Shown: positions 1 to 11,663 of the stretch, in pieces
Layout of the letters: every line of letters starts with the position of its first letter
Numbering within the stretch: the stretch's first letter is position 1
Assembly: GCA_951406725.2 (NCBI GenBank)
Contig: OX597838.1
Location: 30,008,001 to 30,072,000, forward strand
Direction of reading: 5' to 3'
Source: Octopus vulgaris
Taxonomy: Eukaryota
DNA length: 64,000 nucleotides
Notes under the pieces: generated by a model
Seen by the model: only the letters and a program-made list of their open reading frames with translations
Database searches by the model: none
Told to the model about the DNA's origin: nothing
Translations under genes and position numbers: made by a program

Positions 1-293
1 TCCAGTACAAAGGATATTTATTGAAGTTCTTAATAGCATTTGTGAGTTAAAACAATTTCTGGTTTTAGTAAATATGTGGTTAATTCAGTGTGTATATATA
101 CGAAGGTGTATACACATGCACTAACGTTCTGTGTGGACCTCTTCCTTTAGGAGTGAGATCAGTGGTACTCAACCACTTTTTTGTCCATGGACTTCTTCTA
201 CTTCTGTTTTACTCTCCTGGGCCGCCAAAACCATTCAATGTATATAAAAAAATCTTTTATAATCTTACTTTTATAATTAAATGTTACTATTAA

Positions 294-470
294 GGCGGCG
301 AGCTGGCAGAAACGTTAGCGCGCCGGGCGAAATGCTTGGCGGCATTTCGTCCGTCTTTACGTTCGGAGTTCGAATGCCGCTGAGGTCCGACTTTGCCGTT
401 CATCCTTTCGGGATCGATAAAATAAGTAATTGGGTCGATATAAGAGATTAACTTCCTACCCCAACCAAAC
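294..470 (+). mobile_element. SINE family A (tRNA-headed), diverged copy
   Basis: GGCGGCGAGCTGGCAGAA head, B-box-like GAGTTCGAATGCC, and a variant of the central GCCTTTCATCCTTTCGGGGTCGATAAA block shared with many copies in the window. Confidence 0.8.
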
Positions 471-499
471 TTTAGGTCTTGTATCCATAACAGAAAGGC

Positions 500-725
500 G
501 AATTGTTTGGCGATCGATGCTCTTCGTGGTCACTGGATATTCTAGAAATAGCAGTCAACATCGCCATCAAATCGTAGATTGATGCCTTGAAAATAAGAGG
601 AGGCACATATTTCATAATGTAGTCTGTGATACACTTTATGTGAAAAGACGGGGTGGTTACGGTTGGAACGTCTTTGATCAAAGGTCTTGCGGGGTCGGAG
701 CTGATTTGGGGCTAAACAACAATAG
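500..725 (+). mobile_element. Old interspersed repeat (family D) ending in GGGGCTAAACAACAA; partial copy at ~830-990, reverse copy at ~34680-34930
   Basis: Shared CTAGAAATAGCAG and CTTTGATCA blocks and an (AAC)n tail between copies. Confidence 0.5.
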
Positions 726-1069
726 TAGTAACAGCAGCAGCAGCAGCAGCACCACCACCACCACCACCACCACCACCATCATGATCATCATCACCAACAG
801 CAACTACACCTCTATAATGAACGAATAAAGGAGTCCCTATCTGGTTGTTCGAGTTGCTAGAAATAGCAGTTAAATACTTATCAAACAACACCATACCACC
901 TTAGAAAAAAAAGCAGGTATATTTGACAACGTAGGCGTAGACAGAAAACAAACATTGATAGTCACGGCTGGAGCGCTTTTCATCAAAACCCATTGGGTTA
1001 AATAAAAATAAAAAAGAAATTCAAAAGAAGCTTTTCTAGTTGAGGATTAACTTCGACGGTGATAAATGG

Positions 1070-1370
1070 TTCACCGTCGGTTACGACGACGAGTATTCTA
1101 ATTGATCTGATTAACGGCACAGCCTGCTTGTGAATTTAACGTGCAAGTGGCTGAGTACTCCACAGACACGCATAACCCTCTACGTTGTCTCTCGGTGTGA
1201 TTCAGTGTGATACAGAATGTGAGATGGCTGACCCCCTTTCAATTACAGGTACGACTCATTTTTACCAGCCGAGTGGACTGGGGCAACGTGAAATAAAATG
1301 TCTTGCTCAAAAACACAACGCACCACCGGGAATCGAACTCATGACCTTACGATCGTGAGCCATTCGCAAA
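1070..1370 (-). mobile_element. SINE family B-related, old copy
   Basis: CCGTCGGTTACGACGACGAG...CAGCCTGC...AAGTGGCTGAG matches the 3' part of 8885-9272. Confidence 0.7.
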
Positions 1371-1429
1371 TCATGCTATATGCTACAATTTTGTGCCAGA
1401 GAGAAGGGCCATTGCACATATATAAAATA

Positions 1430-2150
1430 TATCCAGGGAGAGGAAATTCTTATGAGACGGCGTATAAATATTATAAACCGTCTCAACAGAGAACTCAACG
1501 GCAGTGAGAAACCCCCGCCAAGAAACAGCACTGCTGGAGATTGAAAAACAACTGAAGCACTCCCATGGGAAATAAAAATCAGACAGAGAAGCCTGGGTCA
1601 TAAGAAATATTAAATCCGAGCATAAACCCTTCCTTAGGTACATATTTCTTTACTACCCACAAGGGGCTAAACACAGAGAGGACAAACAAGGACAGACAAA
1701 CGGATTAAGTCGATTATATCGACCCCAGTGCGTAACTGGTACTTAATTTATCGACCCCGAAAGGATGAAAGGCAAAGTCGACCTCGGCGGAATTTGAACT
1801 CAGAACGTAACGGCAGACGAAATACGGCTACGCATTTCGCCCGGCGTGCTAACGTTTCTGCCAGCTCGCCTTAGGTACAGCAAGGAGACTGTCTCTCTGC
1901 ATTGCAGGGTAGGGCCACTCTTCCAAAACGATGGCTCCCTCACGGGAAACCCAATGACGATAAGTGAAACACTGAATGAACGGTTCAAAAGTGTCTTTAC
2001 CCCACCCCTACGGTTTATGCAAGTTAGTAAACTAGTAGGATAGGATTCTTTACCGCTACAGAAGCTGAACGGGAGGCAGTAAGAATTGATTACATCCACA
2101 TTGAACAAAAGGATGTGATGCTAGCAATTGATGATGTACGCTCCTTCACT
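1430..2150 (+). mobile_element. CR1-like LINE ORF2 fragment interrupted by a SINE
   Basis: Homologous to 30830-31150 (EAWVI.NIKS, HCRVGPL.Q.DGS); contains stops and frameshifts. Confidence 0.75.
1643..1870 (-). mobile_element. SINE family A, full-length monomer with TSD
   Basis: Complete head-to-tail copy flanked by the direct repeat TTAGGTACA (1634-1642, 1871-1879). Confidence 0.92.
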
Positions 2151-2223
2151 AGACGGCGATATGGCATTTGTGGATCTCAGGGTCTGTGGTTCGCATCGCT
2201 TTGTCGCCCGACTCATTGCTTAC

Positions 2224-2335
2224 GTGGCACACATTTCACTCGACGAGGGCGGACTTGTTGGGTCGACGTGAACTTAACGATGACGACAGCAGCAACAATA
2301 GCAACACTAGCAACGATTAGAGCAACTGCACCTCT
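2224..2335 (-). CDS. Candidate internal exon encoding a hydrophobic segment (RGAVALIVASVAIVAAVVIVKFTSTQQVRPRRVKCVP)
   Basis: Minus-strand acceptor TTTTCTGTGCAG, donor GTAAGC, only one open frame; no recognisable homology. Confidence 0.4.
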
Positions 2336-2917
2336 CTGCACAGAAAATTGTTCGGATCAAATGAAGAAATGAGTGGTGGTTTCGTGTGACTAATCATCGA
2401 TGTTTAACCAACAACAGCTGACTTCTACTGCAAAATGTGTTCAGGAATAATTTTAATTAAAACAACAACACAAAAAATAAGAAAAAAAAAACCTCAACAA
2501 AAATCAACGAAAACCAACACAAAAAAACCCCTCAAACAATCTCAACTAATTACTCGGCTATTTCGGATGACATTTACAAGAAGTTGATTTACCGGTATAT
2601 TAAACAAATTAGATCTGAATAATGCAAGAATTTTCTCCATCGCCCTTCTCTCTCTCTTCCTCTCCTCCTCTCTCTCCCTCACCTTCTCTCATTCTCTCTC
2701 GTTCCATCTCTCTCATCGTCCCCCCCAAAAAACACATCTACAGCGAATTCTCAATATCTTCTACTGTAGTTATAACTAATTCTTCGGTTCTTCCTTTGAC
2801 CGAAACAATTAGAAAAATAAACAAACAAATCCAAGAATTGCTATTAATTATCTACATTATCTATATTAATTATCAATATTATGCAAAGGACAAACAAATC
2901 AAGACAACCAGACGAAC

Positions 2918-3028
2918 ATAGGGGACCGTGTCAATAGACTCTTGCGAAACTGTATCCCAGAATTCCTCGCTATAAGTACACGATGCCGTGTTTGAAGATG
3001 GTTGTCTTTGGGATTCGATGGCAACCAT
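2918..3028 (-). CDS. Candidate upstream exon (MVAIESQRQPSSNTASCTYSEEFWDTVSQESIDTVPY)
   Basis: Unique sequence, open frame, weak donor GTTCGT in phase 0, compatible with exon 2224-2335. Confidence 0.25.
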
Positions 3029-3134
3029 ATTTTCTAGAATCCTGGTTTCTTTGCCTTTTACCAACGTCGTATTCCGGGCATTAGAAAGCGGCCATGTTGG
3101 GGCATCGATTTCGAGAATTTTAGACGAATCAACC

Positions 3135-3450
3135 ATCGACCCTAGTACTTATTCTTGTTTTAAGCCTCATACTTACACTATTGGTCTCTTTTGTTGAACC
3201 GCTAAGTTAGAGAGGCGTAGACACACCGACATCAGAGTGTCAAGCAGTGGTGGGGAACAAACGCGAACACAAAGACACACACACACACACACATACACAC
3301 ACACACACACATACATACGTACATACATACACGACAGACTTTCAGTTCCCGTCTACCAAATTCACTCACAAGGCTATAGTAGAAGATACTTGCTCAAGGT
3401 GCCACGCAGTAGGACAGAAACCGGAGCCATGTGGTTGGGAAGCAAGTTTC
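3135..3450 (-). mobile_element. SINE family C (internal CA/TA microsatellite), partial
   Basis: GAACCGCTAAG...(CA)n...CTACCAAATTCACTCACAAGG...CAAGGTGCCACGCAG blocks shared with 20572-21033. Confidence 0.8.
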
Positions 3451-3451
3451 G

Positions 3452-3865
3452 TATTTCTTTATTGCCCACAAGGGGCTAAACATAGAGGGGACAGACAAAG
3501 ACAGACAAAGGGAGTAGGTCGATTACATCGACCCCAGTGCGTCACTGGTACTTAATTTATCGACCCCGAAAGGATGAAAGGCAAAGTCGGACTCGGCGGA
3601 ATTTGAACTCAGAACGTAACGGCAGACGAAATAGCTATTTCTTTACTACTCACAAGGGGCCAAACACAGAGAGGACAAACAAGGACAGACAAACGGATTA
3701 GGTCGATTATATCGACCCCAGTGCGTAGCTGGTACTTAATTTATTGACCCCGAAAGGATGAAAGACAAAGTCGACCTCGGCGGAATTTGAACTCAGAACG
3801 TAACGGCAGACGAAATACCGCTAAGCATTTCGTCCGGCGTGCTAACGTTTCTGCCAGCTCACCGC
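3452..3865 (-). mobile_element. SINE family A dimer (one head, two bodies)
   Basis: Two ~184-bp bodies in tandem, single head at ~3820-3865. Confidence 0.9.
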
Positions 3866-4127
3866 AAGCTTCTAACCACACAGTAACTTTGCTGACTTTT
3901 CATTCCAGTCCTTGATGAACAGCTTCTGTTAGGGACATGAACGTGTGAATGGTTGGCTGGAAAAGTCAAGTATTAATCTACGTGTATTTCTATTTTCTTG
4001 TAACTCCTGGTAGATTCGATTGCGTCACTCTTTCATATCTTTAATCCTCCACCAATAGGCTGGAGAAAGCTTTCACTATCTATGATGGGCAGTGTTTGTG
4101 TCGTTCTTCAGATTGGTCATCAGCTAA

Positions 4128-4680
4128 GGCGGCGAGCTGGCAGAGTCGTAAGCAAGCCGGGCGAAATGCTCAGCGGTATTTCGTCTGCCGCTATGTTCTG
4201 AGTTCAAATTCCGCCGAGGTCGACTTTGCCTTTCATCCTTTCGGGGTCGATTAAATTAAGTACCAGTTACGCACTGGGGTCGATATAATCGACTTAATCC
4301 TTTTGTCTGTCCTTGTTTGTCCCTTCTGTGTTTAGCCCCTTGTGGGTAATAAAGAAATAGGTATTTCGTCTGCCGCTGCGTTCTGAGTTCAAATTCCGCC
4401 GAGGTCGATTAAATAAGTACCAGTTACGCACTGGGGTCGATATAATCGACTTAATCCGTTTGTCTGTCCTTGTTTGTCCCTTCTGTGTTTAGCCCCTTGT
4501 GGGTTGTAAAAAAATAAGTATTTCGTCCGTCTTTACGTTCTGAGTTCAGATTCCGCTGAGGTCGACTTTGCCTTTCATCCTTTCGGTTGATAAATTAAGT
4601 ACCAGTTGCGTACTGGGGTTGATCTAATCGACTGGCCCCCTTCCCCAAAATTTCTGGCCTTGTGCCTACAGTAGAAAAGA
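4128..4680 (+). mobile_element. SINE family A trimer; third unit has a different 3' tail
   Basis: Head GGCGGCGAGCTGG, then three units starting GTATTTCGTC; the last ends CTGGCCCCC...TGTGCCTACAGTAGAAAAGA. Confidence 0.9.
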
Positions 4681-4909
4681 TTGGTCATTAGCTGGTCTTT
4701 CCACATTTCTGCCCACGTTTCTGATGGCCACTGTCTAGCTGACCGCAGAGAATCCTGTACAATGGTTTAGCGCTTGGCCTAGGGGTGAAGTGCTTACGAT
4801 CGTTAGATTGCGGGATCGATTCTTCGACTGGGCGGCGTCTTTGTTTCCTTGATTTCACATTGTTCTATTTTGCATATCTCAAAGCGAGTACCAGACACAA
4901 CTGGTAACT

Positions 4910-5020
4910 GGCGTCCTATTGAGGGCGTCCCATTGAGGGCGTCCCATTGAGGGCGTCCCATTGAGGGCGTCCCATTGAGGGCGTCTCATTGAAGGCGTCT
5001 CATTGAGGGCGTCCCATTAA
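4910..5020. repeat. 14-bp minisatellite (GGGCGTCCCATTGA), about 8 copies
   Basis: Direct reading of tandem units. Confidence 0.9.
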
Positions 5021-5139
5021 GACAGTTGCAATGATTTGCATTTCACTGAGGGCGAGCTTTATAATCTCGATTACCTGAACTATTTAAAAATCCGGATAAG
5101 CCTAGGCCTCATAAATCACTAAGCTTGTGACGGATAGGC

Positions 5140-5322
5140 AATGACGTATGAAACCTTACTAGAGGACCAGGTACTCCATGGTCATCGCTTGACAGGAAGA
5201 CCAAATCTACAACAACAAAAAAAAAAGCATAAAGATGAGATGAAGGCTACTTTGAAGAGGAGCCACATCAATCCTTCAAGAGTGGAAGACTCAACTATCC
5301 CTCGTACACACTGACTCTGCCA
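5140..5322 (+). mobile_element. RTE-clade LINE 3' fragment; near-identical reverse copy at ~24265-24447
   Basis: Encodes GHRLTGRP...KDEMKATLKRSHINP, typical of the RTE ORF2 C-terminus. Confidence 0.65.
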
Positions 5323-5324
5323 GA

Positions 5325-5676
5325 TCGAACACTTCTTTGCAGATGCAGCGGAAGATCCTGGGATTTGACTGGGAAGTTTTGCCGCATCCTCCATATTCGC
5401 CCGATCTCGCGTCTTCTGATTATCGCCTGGTTCGGTCTCTACGAATTTCATTGAATGGACAGACCTTCAACTCTGAAAAGGACGCAAAAATTCACCCGGA
5501 GGAGTTTTCCACCAGGAAAAGATAGTAAATTCTTTGAACAGGAAATAAATGAATCTGCCTGCAAGATGGCGGAAGATACTTGAACGAAACGGTAATTATA
5601 TCATTGATTGAATAAATTGCTTTGAGTTTAAAATTTGTGTCTTATTTTCGCTTAAAAATACTGAACAAACTTTTGG

Positions 5677-5683
<7 letters not shown>
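5325..5683 (+). pseudogene. Mariner transposase 3' remnant with right TIR
   Basis: WEVLPHPPYSPDLASSDY motif, C-terminal LPARWRKILERNGNYIID*, end AAACTTTTGGCCTACCC followed by TA. Confidence 0.9.
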
Positions 5684-5728
<45 letters not shown>

Positions 5729-5738
<10 letters not shown>

Positions 5739-6138
5739 ATTCGAGACAAAACCACTATTTTAAAACCAAACAAGGAAAGACTTAATCAATACATAAAATT
5801 TTAATATAAATTAAATAAACCGCCACTACAAATGTTTCATGTCTGCTACCGACAATCTTCAGGTGGATTTTCGATCTTCTAATCAGTATCAAATTTTGAA
5901 AATTTGATACTGATTAGAAGATCGAAAATCCACCTGAAGATTGTCGGTAGCAGACATGAAACATTTGTAGTGGCGGTTTATTTAATTTATATTAAAATTT
6001 TATGTATTGATTAAGTCTTTCCTTGTTTGGTTTTAAAATAGTGGTTTTGTCTCGAATTATATTATATAATATTTTACTATAAAATTGGATTAACCCTAAA
6101 TCTGATTTTTTCCCTGTAATTTTGGATTCATTCCCTAA

Positions 6139-6143
<5 letters not shown>
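5729..6143. mobile_element. PLE pseudo-LTR-like fold-back (~168-bp arms) carrying HHR motifs, inserted in (TA)n
   Basis: 5729-5896 is the reverse complement of 5899-6067; same family at ~42985-43135 and a 30-bp end piece at ~52810-52840. Confidence 0.8.
5930..5973 (+). ncRNA. Minimal type-I hammerhead ribozyme motif (mirror copy on - strand at 5823-5866)
   Basis: CCAC-CTGAAGA-tTGTC..GACAt-GAAA-C(ATTT)G-TA-GTGG; stem I CCAC/GTGG. Confidence 0.7.
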
Positions 6144-6211
<68 letters not shown>

Positions 6212-6215
<4 letters not shown>

Positions 6216-6375
6216 AATAGTAAAAAGTGAAAAAACTACAGAAGGCTTAAAGGTTAAAAAATCTATATATTTGCGTCAATATGTCTGAAGAATATTCTTC
6301 AGACATATTGACGCAAATATATATATTTTTAACCTTTAAGCCTTCTGTAGTTTTTTCACTTTTTACTACTTTCTA
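6212..6375. repeat. Palindrome with ~80-bp arms between (TA)n tracts
   Basis: Centre GTCTGAAGAATATTCTTCAGAC with complementary arms. Confidence 0.85.
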
Positions 6376-6409
6376 TATATTCAACCACGTGCTTTCACAA
6401 ACCAACTTT

Positions 6410-6543
<134 letters not shown>

Positions 6544-6672
6544 TAAAAAGAATTCCAACCTTGTCTGATTTTCACGTTTTATTTACAATATTATAATGAT
6601 ATATTATAAGATAATATATTATAATTGAATAAAATAAAATGAAATAGTAGAATGTTAAATATTCATTCTGAT

Positions 6673-6717
6673 TGAACTAGTACTTTCATGCATTGAATTC
6701 TACAATCTTCGGGTTCA
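6673..6717 (-). ncRNA. Hammerhead-like motif (CCGAAGA core variant)
   Basis: Minus strand: TGAAC-CCGAAGA-tTGTA..TGCAt-GAAA-GTAC-TA-GTTCA; palindromic stem III; flanked by (TA)n. Confidence 0.6.
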
Positions 6718-6768
6718 TGTAGTAGTGTTGACAGTCATGCTTCATATAATTATAAAGCGATATGACAT

Positions 6769-6842
<74 letters not shown>

Positions 6843-7496
6843 GGATGGTCATAAGTCGCTTTACCCAATTCTTTATTATCAGAAATGAGTAAAGCGACTT
6901 ATGGCCATCCTTGTATATGTGCATGTGTGTGTGTGCGTGTCAGTGTGTAATGACACATAATCTAACATTCACATATATATATATACACAAACACGAACAC
7001 GTACATACGCGCATACACAAAACCATACACATATATACATATTTACACGCACCAACTCAACTTTCTCATAATATGAAAAAAAAAAAAATATATAGAAATC
7101 ATATTATTGACCTTTCTGTGCAAGAATTACATATTTCATATTTATTACCTCAATACTCAATTAACAAGTTGGATTAATTAGGATTAATTATGGCATAGCG
7201 TTTCTTCTGTGTTATACATTAATTGATGGAACTCGACCCCCAGGCGGTGCTGTTAAGTGAATCATAATTAGCAATCATAATAATGATTTTTCTGAAATAG
7301 ACCCAAGGCCAGCAATATCATGTGTAGAGCGTCATTCGATTACATTACCATCGGCCCCAGTATATGACTGGTACCTTTTATTTTATCGATGTCTGAAAGG
7401 ATGAAAGACAACGTTGACTTCGGCCTGATTCGAACTCAGAAGATGAAGAGCTGCGAGAAATGCCACAAGGCATTTTCCCGACGCTCTACCGATTCT

Positions 7497-8280
7497 TATT
7501 TCTTTATTGCCCACAAGGGGCTAAACATAGAGAGGAGACAAACAAGGACAGACATAGGTATTAAGTCGATTATATCGACCCCAGTGCGTAACTGGTACTT
7601 AATTTACCGACCCCCGAAAGGATGAAAGGCAAAGTCGACCTCGGCGGAATTTGAACTCAGAACGTAACGGCAGACGAAATACCTATTTCTTTATTACCCA
7701 CAAGGGGCTAAACACAGAGGGGACAAACAAGGACAGACAAAGGGATTAAGTCGATCATATCAACCCCAGTGCGTAACTGGTACTTAATTTACCGAGCCCG
7801 AAAGGATGAAAGACAAAGTCGACCTCGGCGGAATTTGAACTCAGAACGTAACGGCAGACGAAATACCTATTTCTTTATTACCCACAAGGGGCTAAACACA
7901 GGAGGGGACAAACAAGGACAGACAAAGGGATTAAGTCGATCATATCAACCCCAGTGCGTAACTGGTACTTAGTTTATCGACCCCGAAAGGATGAAAGGCA
8001 AAGTCGACCTCGGCGGAATTTGAACTCAGAACGTAACGGCAGACGAAATACCTATTTCTTTATTACCCACAAGGGGCTAAACACAGAGGGGACAAACAAG
8101 GACAGACAAAGGGATTAAGTCGATCATATCAACCCCAGTGCGTAACTGGTACTTAGTTTATCGACCCCGAAAGGATGAAAGGCAAAGTCGACCTCGGCGG
8201 AATTTGAACTCAGAACGTAATGGGGGACGAAATACCGCTAAGCATTTCGCCCGGCGTGCTAACGATTCTGCCATCTCGTC
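7497..8280 (-). mobile_element. SINE family A tetramer
   Basis: Four bodies starting at ~7497, 7684, 7868 and 8053, with a single head at ~8235-8280. Confidence 0.92.
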
Positions 8281-8692
8281 GTTCTAGTAGTAGTAATAGT
8301 AGTAGTAGGAGTAGTAGTAGTAGTAATAGTAGTAGTAGTCCTTTCTACTAAAGGTGCAAGAGTTAGGCCCCATGACACTGGTCATATTGGAGCTATGTAC
8401 ACCCAATGGTGATCGTTAACATTTTATGTGGGTTGATCTAGTAAAAAACCCTGCTTTCATTCAAGATACTCCAGTTTCTGTTGGTTACAATAAAACATTT
8501 CTGTTTGTGAAGCACTTTTCTTTTGAATATCTCTTATTTCATAGACTAATTTGTTTCTTTCCAGTAACATATTGAACCTACGTTCGTTGAATCATAGATT
8601 TGTTATTCTGTCTATGAAACCATATCAAGGAAGTAGTAATGTATTTCTTTTAGGGCGAACAAAGAATCATGGGAACTTGTGATAAGGGATTT

Positions 8693-8741
8693 TTGTCAGT
8701 GAACAGGTCGCGGTCTTATAGCGACGAAAATATTTTGACAA
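8693..8741 (+). ncRNA. Hammerhead-like motif with G3-C8 swapped core
   Basis: TTGTCA-GTGAACA-g-GTCGC..GCGAC-GAAA-ATAT-TT-TGACAA; second copy at 57857-57904. Confidence 0.55.
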
Positions 8742-8884
8742 ATTAAACTTAAATGTTGAAGTGAATCGAACGGCTTTTGTGTTTTTCTTAAATGGCTTAC
8801 AAACACCTTCCACGCTGCAATTGTTTTCGTTCCAGCAAACGATCTCAGATCAAGTCACTCGCTATGCAAGTACATCTCCGTAAT

Positions 8885-9272
8885 GGAAATGGAAGCACTC
8901 CGTCGGTTACGACGACGAGGGTTCCGGTTGATCCGAATCAACGGAACAGCCTGCTCGTGAAATTAACGTGTAAGTGGCTGAGCACTCCACAGACACGTGT
9001 ACCCTTAACGTAGTTCTCGGGGATATTCAGCGTGACACAGAGAGTGACAAGGCCGGCCCTTTGAAATACAGGTACAACAGAAACAGAAAGTAAGAGTGAG
9101 AGAAAGTTGTGGTAAAAGAGTACAGCAGGGATCACCACCATCCCTGCTGGAGCCTCGTGGAGCTTTAGGTGTTTTCGCTCAATAAACACTCACAACGCCT
9201 TTCTGGGAATCGAAACCGCGATCCTATGACCGCGAGTCCGCTGCCCTAACCACTGGGCCATTGCGCCTCCAC
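8885..9272 (-). mobile_element. SINE family B, full length with 13-bp TSD
   Basis: tRNA-like head GGAGGCGCAATGGCCCAGTGGTTAGG...GGTTTCGATTCCC; TSD ACATCTCCGTAAT at 8872-8884 and 9273-9285. Confidence 0.92.
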
Positions 9273-9766
9273 ACATCTCCGTAATAGACTTTATGGAAAC
9301 CGAATATTTGGTAAGGCCTCATTTCATCTTTGCTTTGATATACAAATGCCTTTTAAAATTCCGGTTTTGCTTACAAACTGTTTTAACAGTTAATTCCAGA
9401 TGGTCAACACATCGTTCTTTCAAATACTACACGTATCTGGAGAGCGTTATGATATTCCTCATCTCATTTCTGAATGAGCTTTCTCATATGCCAATATAGA
9501 ATTTCATGGTTTTTGTGTTACCTTTGATTCTTAGATACTTTTCGTTAACCATTTCCCATATATTCCCGACATCTTGGATGCTCTTAGGACTGGTTCCTCG
9601 AAGTTTACACTTCATTATGTTGCTGACATTATCTTGACATCTATAACTGATTTTGACGTTGTTTTAGCTAAACAGCTTTTGGGAAATGTATTCGTTTGTT
9701 GAAGGGCAAGTGAAACAAGTCTGTATTGCGTCACCCATCCAAATCTAGCCTGCATGTATTCACACA

Positions 9767-9813
<47 letters not shown>

Positions 9814-9996
9814 ATACACACACTCACACACACACACACACACACACAGAGTTTTTAATAACCATTTGGCAATTTTTGAAGAATAGCCTAGTTGGGTGCA
9901 GGTTTCTAAAAGGTCAATCATTAGTTCACTGTATTCCTGATTGTGAGAATAACAAGGGAGCATCTGTAACTCGAAGCAACATAAAAACATATATAT

Positions 9997-10307
9997 TCGC
10001 TGCCTAACCACATGATTCTGGGTTCAGTCCCACTGTGTGACACCTTGGGCAGCAAGTGTCTTCTACTATAGGGCCGACCAACGCCTTGTCAGTGGATAAT
10101 GTGACTGCGTGTGTACCGTTGGCGATTTTTTTCCCTCCGTCTTCCCTTCTCTGGATCTTTCTTTTTCCTATGTTTCTGACGAAGAGCTCCGCTCGAAACG
10201 TAAAACCCTACTTCTTCCCTTCCTTCCTGAGCGTCCAATAATACTATATTTGTTCCACGTCCTCGCATTGTGTTTTCTGTTTGTGTTTTCATATTTGGAT
10301 TAACTTT

Positions 10308-10392
<85 letters not shown>

Positions 10393-10622
10393 GTCTTTGT
10401 GTCTGTGTTTTTCCCCCCACCATCGCTTGACAACTGTTGTTAGTGTGCTTACAGCCCCGTAACTTACCGGTTCAGTAATAGAGACTGATAGAATAAGTAC
10501 TAGGCTTACAAAGAACAAGTTTTGGGGCCGATTTCTTCGACTAAAAAATAAAAGAAAAACACTTCAAGGCGGTGCACCAGCATGGCCGCAGTCAAATGGT
10601 TGAAACAAGGAAAAGAATAAAA
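9997..10622 (+). mobile_element. SINE family C interrupted by an HHR-bearing PLE end piece (~10100-10305)
   Basis: Head CCACATG.TTC.GGGTTCAGTCCCACTG and tail GCGGTGC.CCAGCATGGCC...GAAACAAG. Confidence 0.8.
10172..10206 (+). ncRNA. Minimal hammerhead motif; family copies at 23067-23101 (-), 48359-48392 (+) and degenerate at ~30478-30512
   Basis: GTTT-CTGACGA-a-GAGC(TCC)GCTC-GAAA-CG-TA-AAAC; loopless palindromic stem III ACGT. Confidence 0.65.
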
Positions 10623-10702
10623 GTGTATGTGTATAAACACGCGCGCGCATACACACACACACTCGGGGACAAACAATACATACATACATACATACATACA
10701 TA

Positions 10703-10741
<39 letters not shown>

Positions 10742-11598
10742 GCATACTTTGCAATTATGCGATTTCAAGTTCAGTCCCGTTGCGCGGCACCTTAGGCAAG
10801 TGTCTTTGTGCCTTTTAATATAGCCCCGGGCAGACCAAGACCTTGTGAGGGAATTTGCAAGATAGAGAATATGTGGAACCCTGTTGTAGAAATAAATAAC
10901 AAATTGATAAATATATGTGTATGCATGTGCGTGTGTGTGTTCGTGTGTGTGTGTGTATATGTGTGCGTGCGTGTGTGTATGTGTGTGTGTGTGTGTGTGT
11001 GTTTGTGCTTGCATGCGTCTCTTTGGTTTGCTTACGTCCCTGTAACCCAACATTTCAGGAAAAGAGACCCGTAGAATATGTGCTAGAATTAAGAAGAAAT
11101 AATCACACAGGGGCGATTAGCTCCACTAAATCCGCCAGGGCAGTGCTCCGGCATGGTCGCAGCTCAATGACGAAAACAACCAAAAGATAAAAATACATAC
11201 ATGCCTTCATACACCCCCCCCCAGCTACACATCCACCCATCCATCCATCTATCCATCCATCCATCCATCCATCCATCCATCCATAATGTATATATACGTA
11301 AAGGCTTCGACACAGTTTCTGTCTACCAAATTGTAATCAATAGGTGTTGATTGAACGGAAGCTGTTGCAGGAAAACAAATTGTCTCGTGTGTGGACTGCT
11401 GTGGGATCGAACTCGAACCAGCAGGCTTCAAAACGCTCTTCTTAACAACTATACGGTCAGGCTGTGTCCTTGAATAATGCATGCGTGCCTGTATGTGCGC
11501 ATGTATGGATGTCTGCTTGTTTTGCACACACACACACACACACACACGTATACGCATGTACACTCACACACAAACACGCACACACATACACGCACATA

Positions 11599-11663
<65 letters not shown>

